This document shows, one piece after another, positions 13,331-25,104 of a stretch of DNA of 64,000 bases. The stretch is taken from the NCBI RefSeq assembly GCF_018977255.1, contig NW_024704743.1:48858001-48922000 (forward strand). Reading direction: 5' to 3'. A program made the translations under genes and the position numbers. The notes beneath the pieces are model-generated. The model did no database searches. It saw nothing but the letters and a program-made list of their open reading frames with translations, and was not told the origin of the DNA. Numbering within the stretch: position 1 is the stretch's first letter; each line of letters begins with the position of its first letter. The DNA is from Callorhinchus milii. Taxonomy: Eukaryota.

Positions 13331-14159
13331 ATGTTGGAGGCATACAATTACAATTCCATGAGTTCTCCTGGGACACTGCTCATTGACTCAGCTGGGAGCA
13401 GTCATACAATGCTTGTGAACCTGTTGATCAAAGTATTGAAATGAAAAGAAACGTCCTTCAGTGTTGCTCTGTACCAAACTATTTCCACAGAAATATTCTC
13501 AAATTCCACTGAGGCTTCATTTTTAACAGATGTCTTGAGGGACAGTCAAGCCCGTGAACATCTTCAGCTGCACAGGAAGTGTTCAGTGTCACCTTAAAAA
13601 GACATAGGGGCAGAGGCACAGGAACACTGCTGGTTGTATTTAGTGAGTTGAAAATAAAAGCCACCTTAAATCTAGGTTGACGTATTTCATGCTCTTAGCT
13701 AGATTGAATGACCACTACTCTTCAGCAATTTAAAAAGTGACTCATGACATGCAGTGTGACAGGAATGATGGTTACATTATGCTTTTTAATCGTTACAGTG
13801 GCAAAAAGGCAGCAATTGCGTGTGTGCTGAGTGAGTGCGTGATGGATGTTGTCACAATTGGAATATTTATTATCACTTTTGTCTGCCAAGGACTGAATGA
13901 GGACATTAATAGATGCTGTGCTATTCATTCTACTCATTAAAGCTGCAGTATCCCTTGGCAAGTAGTCTTGCTTGTCATTTTAATTGCTTCTACCATACTC
14001 TGTGAGCTTGAGCAGGTGGGTCCACCGTGGCTGGATGTCAAAAGGAGAATGGATTGCAAGAATTTTCATGGGTGTCAATGCACTATTCAACATTTGCTAG
14101 TTTTTAGCACTAGCTTTTTATAATGTCTAAAAATGCACATACATCTGAAAGGATAATAC

Positions 14160-14375
14160 AGCTTTCATCTTCAGCTACTATTCCCCAATCCTCTGGAAAG
14201 CTGTCTGTTTTGTCCCCTCTCTTTCTATCTTCAAAAGCTGCCTAAAAACTGCCTTTTCGACCAAGCCTACAGTGACTTCCAACTTCCCCATCCTTGCTCA
14301 GTGTTCTGTACCATCTCCATAAATCACTCCCTGACATTACCCTAAATGAAAAGCACTATATAAATGCGAGTTGCT
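14160..14375 (+). mobile_element. L2 3' end fragment
   Basis: ctctggaa...ttcaaaagctgcctaaaaactgccttttcgaccaagc...gcactatataaatgcgagttg. Confidence 0.7.
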
Positions 14376-15139
14376 CTAATCCAAAATATTATTTGTGCAC
14401 ACAAGATAGCAGCAACCCCCACCCCTATTATACTGTAAGATATTCAATAAACCCATAAACTGGTTTAATTTCCGATAATTTTTTAATGGGATTCCTTAAT
14501 AAGAATTTGTATAGAAATAGACCTCATTGAGGCAGAGTTCCTGCAGGCTGGCATGGCATATTTCGATTAGCGGAAGCAATCTCCATTTGTGTCTTGTAAT
14601 TTCTTATGAAGAAAGCGATTAACCTACAAAAATACACAGTTGCTACATTTTGCAGTGAATTCTGCGAAGCACTTGAGGATTGTCCTTTTGACGTGAGAGG
14701 CACTATATCAAATCCAAGGATTATTATGTATTCCCATAAAAGAAATCCCATTAATACCCTAAATTAAATCCAATTTATTCCAATTATTCTGGTATTTTCT
14801 ACAATCACAATTTCACCTATTGAAAAATACTATTAGTTCAAGAGGTCACAGGGTACTTGCTGCATGCCAATATGTTAGATGGACAATTTCTCTTAATAGC
14901 AACAATTCAAAGTTGTGCCTACATCAAACTTCACTTTATTAACCTAATTAGTGAATGACTCTTTAAATGCTACAGATGCTAAACTTTCATATGGAGGTGG
15001 CATACATTTTCTGTTGGTATATTGGACATATTATTCAGCAAGAATTAAAACAAATCCTTGCATTTGATTTAGCACTGTATCATGTCGTCGAAAATTCTCA
15101 AAGCGAAAGCAAGATTCATGATAATGAGAATACTCCTTA

Positions 15140-15340
15140 ATTTGCTATAGCACCTTATCATGAATGGAGAATGTCTCAAATAGCTTCATAGTTTTTACTG
15201 TAAAGTATAGTGACTATGTATTTTGTAGGCAAACATGACAGTCAATTTGTGCACAGCAGCGTCCCACAAACACCTGTGAGTGAATGACAATTTTATTCGG
15301 GAGATTGTTGGTCAGGATACTGGGAGAAACTCCCTACGTA
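15140..15340 (-). mobile_element. Deu-domain SINE 3' portion
   Basis: caatttgtgcacagcagcgtcccacaaac...gttggtcaggatactgggagaaactccc. Confidence 0.75.
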
Positions 15341-18300
15341 TCAAGTCTAGTGAAGGTGTAGCTGTAGGTGAAAAATCCTCCAGTACCCTTGGACTATCAT
15401 GAACAAACAACAATTCTGAGAAGAATAAGTACAGTGAAATGGCACATCTGCTTTGTAGCATTCAGCCATTATACATTAAGTGGGAATGCACATCAGGGTT
15501 TTTGGCAGAGGGTGTATACCTGGTTCTGATCTAGCTGCAAACTTTCAAGTCATGGATGGTGGAGCAGATTTTTCAGTGGCACGAAACTTTAAGCAAAAGT
15601 TTCTTGAGCCCTATTTAAATTTGTCTGTGATGGAGAATTGTTCTGAGAAACAACATTTGTAGAGAAAAAGAGAATTCATTTAAAGAGGAACATCAGCCAA
15701 TGTACACAACTCGAATGGCCAAATTTCCGTCAACATTCGAGTTGTGTGCACAAGCAAAGCAGGACTGAAATCAATATACTCGGTTCCACACTAGTTGCCT
15801 CAAAGAACTACTGGGTAAGTCTGTCTGGTCTCAAATTCTAAATATTCTGTTTACCACAACCCGACATAACTTGCAAATCTGCAATCCAGATGGGACAGGT
15901 TCAGCTCAGTTTCTACAGATACAAGCTTTGATTTTGCCTTGGGCTCAAGGTTAAAACCATTCCTCACCCATTGACAAATAGCAACTGGGCCCAGTTCTGC
16001 TGTTAATGTTAGTTCCACAGGTATTCCGATTAGAAATGCTCCCCCAACCCTTGAAACTGTTTGAGGACTAGCTCCATATCTGGAAGCAGGGGTAGCCAGG
16101 TCACCAACAGGGCAGCTTGCTGAATTTTGCATTTTCTTTGTTTTGCATTTTCTCCATTTTCTTGCCGACAAACTTTAATAATTCGGAAATAAATTTGAAA
16201 AAAAAGTGATCTTAACTTTGTGCAAAGCCCAATAATAGCCACAATATATAGTTATATTGTGCTTAAAAAAACTGTAGTGGCAACTTATCTTTTATTGATA
16301 CATTTCCTGACCTTGGATGAAAGTGATTTTATTCAGTACTTGTCTCGCAATTTGCTGGCCTTTGGTGGTGTGGGTTTCTAATGGGTTCTCACTCCATCGC
16401 CGCTCAATGAGTCTCTCAACAACTGAGCCATTCTGTGGCGAGCACAAAGGTTCTGAGGGCATTATTTGCTCTGATTAAAATTGCTCTCCTAAAAAAAATT
16501 GCTCTCCTTCCACATTAATAAAATGTTGCAGAGCAAGTACCAGCATTATCACGTTTCACTTGCTGTAACAGAATCCATTCAAATCTGACCAACACTTCTG
16601 CACCTCAACCTCTCTGTAGAAGCAGGAAAATGTTGGCTGCAAGCAGAGCCAGCTGGCATATCATAGCACAATATTTTAAGCATAAATTTTGAATTTTAGG
16701 TCACAGATAAGGACGCTTTAAGATAAGGTTATTTTGAGCCTAATCCGGCAGGATTCCTGTTAACCTGATACAACTTCAGTTTTAAATGTCTAAGCCTTTC
16801 ACTAGATATTGTACATGAAATCTGTGTCCTCTGTTTTAAACATCTTCTAAAATTGTCTGTTCTGTCAGGATGCTTGCTTTCTTAGCAAAAGACTTCACAA
16901 ATGACTTTTCCTTTGTGTAAAAATTACCTTATCCGATTTTCCAAACGTTTAACCCGTTATTGCATCTGTATGCAATTGAAGCTTACAAATTACATAGCCA
17001 ATACACTATGCAGTAAATCCTGTGAAGCTCTTTGAGACATCCTCCCAATGTAAAAGGTGCTATATCAAATGTAAGGATTCTTATTATATATTATAAGCCA
17101 AACTGTTGAATTTACCTGTCCTGACCACTGACAAATTAAATGCACCGCATTTAATAATCTGATATCTTGTCTTCTCAGCATGACTTCTTTAGTCAGGTAA
17201 ATTACTCGAGATTACATTTCAAAATTCAAGCATTAATGTCTCACTTTGAGACTGAGAAGCAGGTGTCTGAAAATGTTCATGACCTTTTGCTATTAATACT
17301 GACTTCTCTGAATCCATAGTTTCCTTTCTTCCATCAAAGAGAATATTGTTTGACTGCTCCAATTAAACACGCATGACAATTTTTTTGATTTTTCACATCT
17401 AATACGGAGCACTTCTCTGTGCCAAATAGTATATTCTTTATTTCATCTGGAGGTTTCTTTCGTCTCCGTAAACGAAGCACGTTTTCATTGTACATACTCT
17501 AAAACTGTCCCTTTTAATTAAAGCTACATCAAGCCGCAATCTGGAAGCCATTACTCAGTAACTCTTCATCGTAATTACTTGCAGCTGAGAATCCAGGTCT
17601 CAGTAACATAAGAATAAAAGGGAAACTTAGTTAGTAACAAGTGCAATTGATTCCATTCAAAATTCCCCTGGTGTGCTGCCATGTTTGAGAGGAAACAAGC
17701 TTTTTTTCAAGCCAGGAAATGAATTGGCAGACTTGAGATGGACGATGTGCTGTTAGACTCACATTTTCAGATGGTCCTTGTTAAATCTGAGACTTTGGGG
17801 CTCCTGCTGTTGCCAGGATATTTTTTTCTTGTAGCTATGTATGCTTACCACTTCTAGGAAGACTAACACGTTGACAAGCCACAGAAACCTGCCTCAGTGC
17901 TGCACTCCCGTGATAATTACCTCTTACCCTATTAAAACAAGACATCATCCCAGTTAGCAGACAGTCCTGGATTTTAAAAATCCTCCCAATCAAATGCGCA
18001 TAATTTCTGATAATGGAACCAGTTTTGACAGAAACTTTGAGGACGTTTTTGAAATATTCCCTTTTAAATATTATAGGGCCGAGAGGTCGCAAGGCTCACT
18101 TTTATGCACATGTAAGGATACCTTCATTGATGGCTGCTGTGTATATACTGTTTGATGTAAGCACAAACTATTGTTAACAGAAGACTATCTTACATGTTAC
18201 TTATACTGCAGGGTTATTCACTTTGTGGCTATTTGAGGGACAATACTGGCATAGATGACTGCCAGGTTTACCTGCAAAAACAATAACTATGCTTGACATC

Positions 18301-20599
18301 AATTACCTGTGAAGTGTTTTGAGACATCTTGACATGAGAAGGTGTTGTAAAAATTGCAAACTCTTTCCTTTCGCTGACAAAAGGCCAATAGTGTTCTCTG
18401 TCGATGGATCTGCGAAGTTTTAATAAATAATAACATAATTAATATGTTAAAAAATCAGATTTGTCAGCAAAAAAGAAATCAAAATGGTGACAACTACATT
18501 AACAGCGAAAGCATTGCCATTGTCGATGAAGTTCTAAGTAAGGGGATTGCGAAAGCTGCAGAAGACGAGACTATTCTTATTTATGAAAATGCATGCTCTT
18601 TAGCAGAGAAAGTGAGAGCAGAATGAGGAACAATTGAAATAGTTCACCTGAAAACTAAAGGCGAAATATAGTCAAGTCAGGTTAACACAAGACAACGGGA
18701 AAATTCAGAGTCCGAATCTCTGACTGTCCAGTGCCTTGGATCATCCTCCCGATGTGAAAGTCACTATACAAATTTAATTTTGTATTGTATTGTATTTTAA
18801 TACAACAACTTGCATTTGCATAGTGCTCTTCATGCAGGATAGCGTTCAGGAGCGATTTTAATAAGTTTAGATGTCACGGCAAATAGCAGGTTTGGGATCC
18901 TTTATTTATTGCCTGGGAATGACAAATTCAGCAACTTTGGATGTCACACTGACTTCCCAGCAGCAGTTACAGCGACTGTGGAAAAAAAAGCAAGAGTGCA
19001 CTTTTAATTTAAAAAGTGTTTCAGCAAGATAAATCACAGCCTTATGTTGTAGATTTATTACAAATAACATTAAAAGATTTTATTAAAAAACATTCTTGTT
19101 CCAAATAAATCTTAGCGACTGATTGAACGAAACACTTCATCTTGAATCCAAAAGATCTTATCTGAGTCTGAAGTAGTAAAAGTTTGAGATCTGAGAGCTG
19201 AAACTAGCAGACCTTGGCCGTAATAAAAAAGTTTTTCCATCAACACTTGGTACAAGAAAGGCGCTTGTATTTCTTTATTCTAATGAAATGGGCTAATCTC
19301 ACAGTTTGGGTGAACCCTCATTTCAGGATCAGTAACCACGTCTTGTTAAGAAATAAAGGAACTGTGGAGTCTCTTGTAAGGCAAGAAGCTAAAATATCCT
19401 CAATGCTGCGGGTCCCAGCGAGAGGCCCAGTGTAAATGATAAACAAACATCAGTCGTGTGGCTCCTAAAAAGGCAAGATATGGTGAAAGAAGCCACTTGC
19501 TCTGCTGCATTTGCCCACACGCTAGATGTGGCCCATGTGTCTGTCTCTAACCAAAAAATCCAATCATTAGACTAGATATACTGGACAGTCGTCAGTAAGC
19601 CATGTGAAGAGCTGGATTTGTTGCATGTTTAAACTTTAGTTGTAGTTTGTACATTCTGTTAAGAAGACTCAACACATTATTTTCCAGACCTCGGGCTAGG
19701 GTCAAGTTTCAAAAGAGGAGACCCAGTGAACTATGATTCAGTTGAAAGGAGATTCCAATTTAACCATTTTCAAGTTTAATCTGTTATTTTATGGCTTTGC
19801 ATTGTTATCAGATGAGTGTTTTTAAAAATAAAGAATGGGACTTTTTCTAGAAACTTATTCAATGATACATTGCATTATTCCTAGAAAAAACTAAACAAAC
19901 CTCAGAAAGGTCGTATGCATCAACAGGAATTGTGCAAGCTATCTATAGCTTCAATAGCTAAGTACACCCAAGCCACAGCTGAGGAGAAAACTTGATCTTA
20001 AACTGAATTAAACAGCAAACTGCTTTAAAACTGCAGATCATCACCTTATCTTACTTCATGAGTCAACAACTTCAAAACTAACAACAACAATACCTGGATC
20101 ACAGAAAACCCTATCACTAATTCATTTCGGATTCCCATGGTTGTACATAGAATGCTCAGTGAAATGAGATGGCACCTTATTTATATTGTATAAGACCATT
20201 AACTTTTTTCACACAGCTTGAGATGGATTTAAAATCAAAATAACTCCTGAAACAACTTTAGTGACTGGGTTTGGCTGATAACAATAAGATATCTTCTTAA
20301 TGCTTTTCGAGGGGATGAGTGGGAAGGACAGCCTTGTCCGGATGTCTCATCTCATCAGGTTATAGAAACAATGTAACGAGTTGGTGTATTAAATACTCTC
20401 ACCCAAGAAAAGACGCGAATGATAGAAACACCCTTGATAGAAAGAAAAGACTTTGTCCATATTTATTCTACGTTCTCTGGCTTTTGGTGTTCACTGTAGT
20501 AAAATAGGCACTTGTCCAGAGATAACAAATATTTCCTGCTCTCTGCTGGGATCCATTTTTGGATTCTTAATAATGATTCCTATTCTCTGATGGTGAATC

Positions 20600-20763
20600 C
20601 TTCGGAAATCCAAAAGACATCTTGCTGAGCCCCAGGAATTTTGTTCCTTGCCCCGTCTCCATCTGTCTTTAAGTCCCGCCTTAAAACTTTTCTCTTCGAC
20701 CATGCCTAAGATCACCTCCCTCTTCCTTCCTCCCCTTCTCCCTTCTTAGTCACTCGACATTGT
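20600..20763 (+). mobile_element. L2 3' end interrupted by a SINE
   Basis: tttaagtcccgccttaaaacttttctcttcgac (FKSRLKTFLF). The tail appears to resume after the SINE at about 21083. Confidence 0.65.
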
Positions 20764-20764
20764 G

Positions 20765-21082
20765 GGTTCCTGTAGCTCAGTGGTTAGAGCACTCGCCTCG
20801 CAAGCGAGAGACCTGGGTTCGATTTCCAGCAGTGCGAAACCTTGGCCAAGTTTCCTTACTCCACACGCCTGATAATAATCCCTCAAGAAAAAAAAATAAG
20901 AAAAATTGGTCACTTCAGTCCACGACTGTTTGTGGGACACTGCTGTGTGCAATTGGCTGCGAGTTGTGCTCACAAATATACAGTCAATTCACTTTACAGT
21001 CTATTCTGTGAAGCGCTTTCAGACGTCTAGAAGACGTGAAAAGCACTATATCAAATGCAGGGATTATTATTATTATTATTAT
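20765..21082 (+). mobile_element. young tRNA-Ala(CGC)-derived SINE, internally deleted full-length copy
   Basis: A box tagctcagtgg; anticodon arm ctcgc-ctcgcaa-gcgag; B box ggttcgatt; Deu-type 3' body; (TTA)n tail. Lacks the ~60-bp tttacctagcag...cggg segment present in other copies. Confidence 0.92.
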
Positions 21083-21100
21083 CCAACCCTGGGATTGTGA

Positions 21101-21160
21101 AACACCCTTCCAGTTTCAGAGTGACACACTTCCCATTTCACAGTGACACATTTCAAGTTT
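21101..21160. repeat. short tandem repeat, ~22-bp unit, ~2.5 copies
   Basis: acacccttccagtttcagagtg / acacacttcccatttcacagtg / acacatttcaagtttc. Confidence 0.7.
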
Positions 21161-21608
21161 CCCAAAGGATTCCCCATTTAGGCTGCAGAGCTCTGGATTG
21201 CCTGCAGCCTGTGTAGGGTAGAGCTGGGAAATTGGCAAGAGGCAGAACCAGGTCCAGCAGTTCTGCCTCTGGCATATCCATCTCACATCAGGAAAGGTGT
21301 TATATTAAATGCAAGGATTATTATTACAAACACTGTGTGTTTTGTGGGTGAATGTGGCAGCCAATTTGTGCACCATGTCTACAAACAGCCATGACGTGAA
21401 TGGCCAGTTTTATTAATGGAGAAGTACATGGAATATCTGGAGCATGGTGCTATAAAAGTGCAATACTGATCATCATTTCAATAGGTTTGTGTAAAAACAA
21501 AGAAAATTGCAATTTTCACAATCCACATTGGGATTATTGGGCACTGATTGCTCTACCAGCACACCAGCCCAATAACCTGAATTGCCATGACAAGAATCGC
21601 TGTTGGAT

Positions 21609-22365
21609 CATAGAAACATAGGAACAGGAGCAGGCCATTCAGTCCCTCAAGCCTTTTCCGCCATTCTATGAGAGCATGGTGATCTGTATCTCGAATCCAA
21701 TTACCCACTCTTGCCCCAAATTCCTTGATACTCTGATCTAATAAATATGTATCCACCTCAGTTCTTGAAAATGTGAATGAATCCAGCATCCACAGCCTTT
21801 TTGGGGATAGAGTTCCAGAATTCCACTACTCTTTAGGTGAAAAACTGCCTCCTAATATCACTCCTAAATGGCCTAGCTCTATTTTTAAGATTTTAAACCC
21901 TTGTTTTGGATTCCCCACCAGAGGAAATAGTTTCTCTGTATCTACCCTATCGATTCCCTTTATTATTTTAAAAACTTCAATCAAATCACCCCTCAACCTT
22001 CTAAACTCAAGGGAATAGAGACCAAGTTTATGCAACCTGTCCTCATAATTTAACCCTCTAAGCCCCAGTATCATTCTAGTGAATCTGCTCTGCACCCCCT
22101 CCAGAGCAAATATATCCTTCCTGAGGTGCGGTGCCCAAACCTGAACGCAGTACTCCAGATGGGGTCTGACCAAGATTCTATATAGTTGAAGCATCATTTC
22201 TTCTCCTTTATATTCCATCCCCCTTGAGAGAGAAAGCCAACAGCCTATTAGCCTTTTGATAACTTTTTGAAAGTGTGAGTTTGTTTTTAATGATTTGTGT
22301 ACATGGACACACAAATCCCTTTGCTCTGCCACAGTTTTTAGTTTCTCACCATTTAGAATCATTTA
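21609..22365 (-). mobile_element. CR1 LINE, 5'-truncated (ORF2 C-terminus plus 3' UTR)
   Basis: ORF 21826-22362 reads 'QRDL.VHVHKSLK...LYRILVRPHLEYCVQVWAPHLRKDIFALEGVQSRFTRMI.GL...RRLRGDLIEVFKI', and the 3' UTR ends gaatggcctgctcctgttcctatgtttctatg. Confidence 0.95.
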
Positions 22366-22499
22366 GATCGCTGGACTTTCTTCTGCTATTGCAGTTTACT
22401 TCAATTACTTCATAATTTTCTTGTTTTTGCAATGCTTTTACATTGCAAATTGCCATTGACTTACACCCCAGACACTTTCCCTAGGCTAACAATGTTGTA

Positions 22500-22805
22500 T
22501 ATAACACTGCATTTTAAATGGGATTGAAAAAGTATAAACCCAGAACAATATTTTAGGGTGCACCAAGACAATAGAACAAGGTGATATAGGTTTGGAGTTG
22601 GAAAAGCAATTTCAGGATAGACACCAGGAAGTACTTCTTTATCTAGATGGTAATTAACATTTGGAACAGGTTGCCAGGAAGCGTGATTGACTGCAGGACT
22701 CTGGACTCATTTAAAACAATAGCTTGATGCTGTGATATGAAGACGGTAGGTTCTGGAGGTATGAGATCAAATGGCCTTCTTCATTAGAACCAATCTTGTG
22801 ATCTT
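22500..22805 (+). mobile_element. older CR1 3' fragment
   Basis: caggaagtacttcttt...atttggaacaggttgccag...aaatggccttcttcat...tcttgtgatcttg. Confidence 0.65.
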
Positions 22806-23094
22806 GAAACGATCTTGTTGTTGTGACTGATGGCCGTGTTGTGTGCCCTTCTGGATCTTCATTCTAAGTCGCTGCTTTTTTTAAATTAAAGCTATCAATT
22901 CTTTCAATTCTGACCCTTCCAGAGGTGATCATTCACACACCGGAAATAATCAGCATTAACATTCCCACATAAAAATGCTCATTTCTTAATTCCAAAACCT
23001 TTACTTCTTTCAGGGTAAATGCACCGGAATTTTGAACCTATCACATTTCAAAGAACTCGACTAGTAATTACTGTTGGATGCAGTCACGTTTATT

Positions 23095-23285
23095 TTTGTA
23101 CGTAAACATATCAGTTACACTCAGCAAAGTCCTACAAACAGCCATGAGGTGAATGACCAATTGATTTGGAACACAGTTGGCCAGGACATCAGGAGAAACT
23201 TTTCTATTTATGGGCAGTGTAGAACCATCAACTTGAATAATCTGACAGGGCCTCAATTTAACATCTCAATAGAAAGGTGGCATTA
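23095..23285 (-). mobile_element. older DeuSINE fragment
   Basis: caaacagccatgaggtgaatgacc...gttggccaggacatcaggagaaact...gggcctcaatttaacatctca..gaaaggtggca is the reverse complement of the Deu domain. Confidence 0.75.
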
Positions 23286-23851
23286 ATATCCCCCTGTAAA
23301 AATGTTCATTCTTTAATTCCAAAACCTGACAGTGGAACTTCAGTCCTGACGATGCACCTTAGCATTATAAATGTGAAAAGTCCGGCAATCCAACTGAAGA
23401 AAATACAGAAAACCCAGTTGGACAAATACAAGTGACACCTGGCAGAGAGCTCAGTAAAACTACAATCTCTTTCCAATGAAAACGTCTTATTTGTAGGAAA
23501 CATTTGTAAAAGAGATATTTTTAATTAATTTCCTTCAGCTCAAAGCCAAAAGGAATATTTAGGACTCATTTATCACATTTCCCTCCGTCCGGTGTGTTTG
23601 GTAATTTTGCCGCAAATATTTTCAAAACTATTTTCTAACGGGAACCTTAGGATCAGAGGAATGTACAGGACCGGAACAGGCTGTTGCGGTTCCTCCCCAT
23701 TCCGTGCCTTTCACCCTTGTGTACCAATCTCCTGAGTGGCGTTGTGTCAAAAACGTTGTTAAAATCTAAATGTAGCTCAAGCAGTACTGCCTCTTTCCCT
23801 CTCTGGACAAATCATTCTCTTATTCCAGAATCGTTCGGGAGTGCAGGGAGA

Positions 23852-24070
23852 ATTATTATTTATTTTATTTAATTTTTTTTGAAGGGATTATTACCCCCGG
23901 AAAAGCGATGTGCCAATCAACTTACAACTGGATTCCTGCTTACTGCTAGGTAAACAGAGCCATGTGGAGTAAGGAAACTTGCCTAAGGTTTTGCCCTGCC
24001 CAGGAATCGAACCCGGTCCTTTCACTTTACAAGACAAGCGTGCTAACCAAAATGCTTCGGGACACCACTC
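23852..24070 (-). mobile_element. young SINE 5' half
   Basis: gggattattacccccggaaaagcg...tactgctaggtaaacag...gtggagtaaggaaacttgcc...ggaatcgaacccgg. Confidence 0.9.
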
Positions 24071-24119
24071 TTTTCCACCATCAACAACTAAACAACTATC
24101 TTCATGCTTGTTCCCATGT

Positions 24120-24185
24120 ATAGGGTTTGAACCCTCATCCTGCTAACTCAGAAGTGAAAGTGCGAGCAACTGAGCCAGGTTGACA
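24120..24185 (-). mobile_element. older DeuSINE tRNA head
   Basis: tttgaaccc...actcagaagtgaaagtgc..caactgagcca. Confidence 0.6.
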
Positions 24186-24574
24186 ACTACAAAACATAGG
24201 TAAAAGGAGCAAGGAGTCTATTGGATAGTATAAAATTCAATAGAAGTTGTTTGTACAAAACATAATAAATATCTACATTGTATCATCAATGGTAAGGATA
24301 TTTCCCTCAATGCTAGTGTGTGAATTCTCAGATTACGGTTAATATATACAGGTGACTGGAACGATATAATGGTGATCACGCTAAAGAAGGGAACTCTGCA
24401 TTTGTAAGAAAACAAAATCAGCAACACGCTTCATTGCTCCTCTGAGGAGGGAGAAACTCCACCTGGGTGTAGTCTTAGTCTTTTTTCTTAGCACTTTAGG
24501 ATGTGCAAATTTATGATAATTCTTAAATTCTTAATTTGGAAGCTGGTTTAGACACAGATAAAGGAGGTTTTTTT

Positions 24575-24856
24575 TGTCAACTGGTGTCTGATACATGCGG
24601 AAACTCACCACCATGCTTAAGACTATCCAAACCAAATTGATAGTTCCATGCAACTCACCTACACATGGAAATTCACAAGATATTTAAATTGGAATGGAAT
24701 GTGCATTCTCATCCTGGAGGGATGCATCCTGCTTACCTAATATTCCAGAGAATATTAGATGCAGGTTGGCAAGAGCTATTAGAGCTTTTAAGTGCTCCAA
24801 GACATTGTCCTTCGGGTAGGGTGCTATATAAATGCAAGTTGTTATTCTTGTTGTTG
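24575..24856 (+). repeat. unassigned ~200-bp repeat followed by an L2-type tail
   Basis: Aligns over ~200 bp with 51680-51885, then continues gggtgctatataaatgcaagttgtt. Confidence 0.75.
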
Positions 24857-25104
24857 CAGAATTAACAGGAGCTGAGTGGGAAGAGTCCTTGTCCTCAGTG
24901 ATTGTCTGCCATTCGAAGTCCTGCCGATGAGCCAGCCTGCTGGGCTGTCATCAGCAGTCCTTGGAGTACTGTAAACCTGCCTGGTTTAGGAATTGGACAA
25001 CTGAGAGAACCACAGAGGGTTGGCCTGATTCTGATATTCCATTGCCAAACATGTCACCTTGGAACTAGTTCAGCTCCAAGGAGATCCTACTTATGAATAC
25101 GGGG

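Noticed and set aside
20765..20836. tRNA-Ala(CGC) gene
   Set aside because: The acceptor stem cannot close and the sequence runs into a SINE body, so it is a SINE head.
21826..22362. 178-aa ORF as a host gene
   Set aside because: It is a truncated, frameshifted CR1 ORF2 C-terminus.
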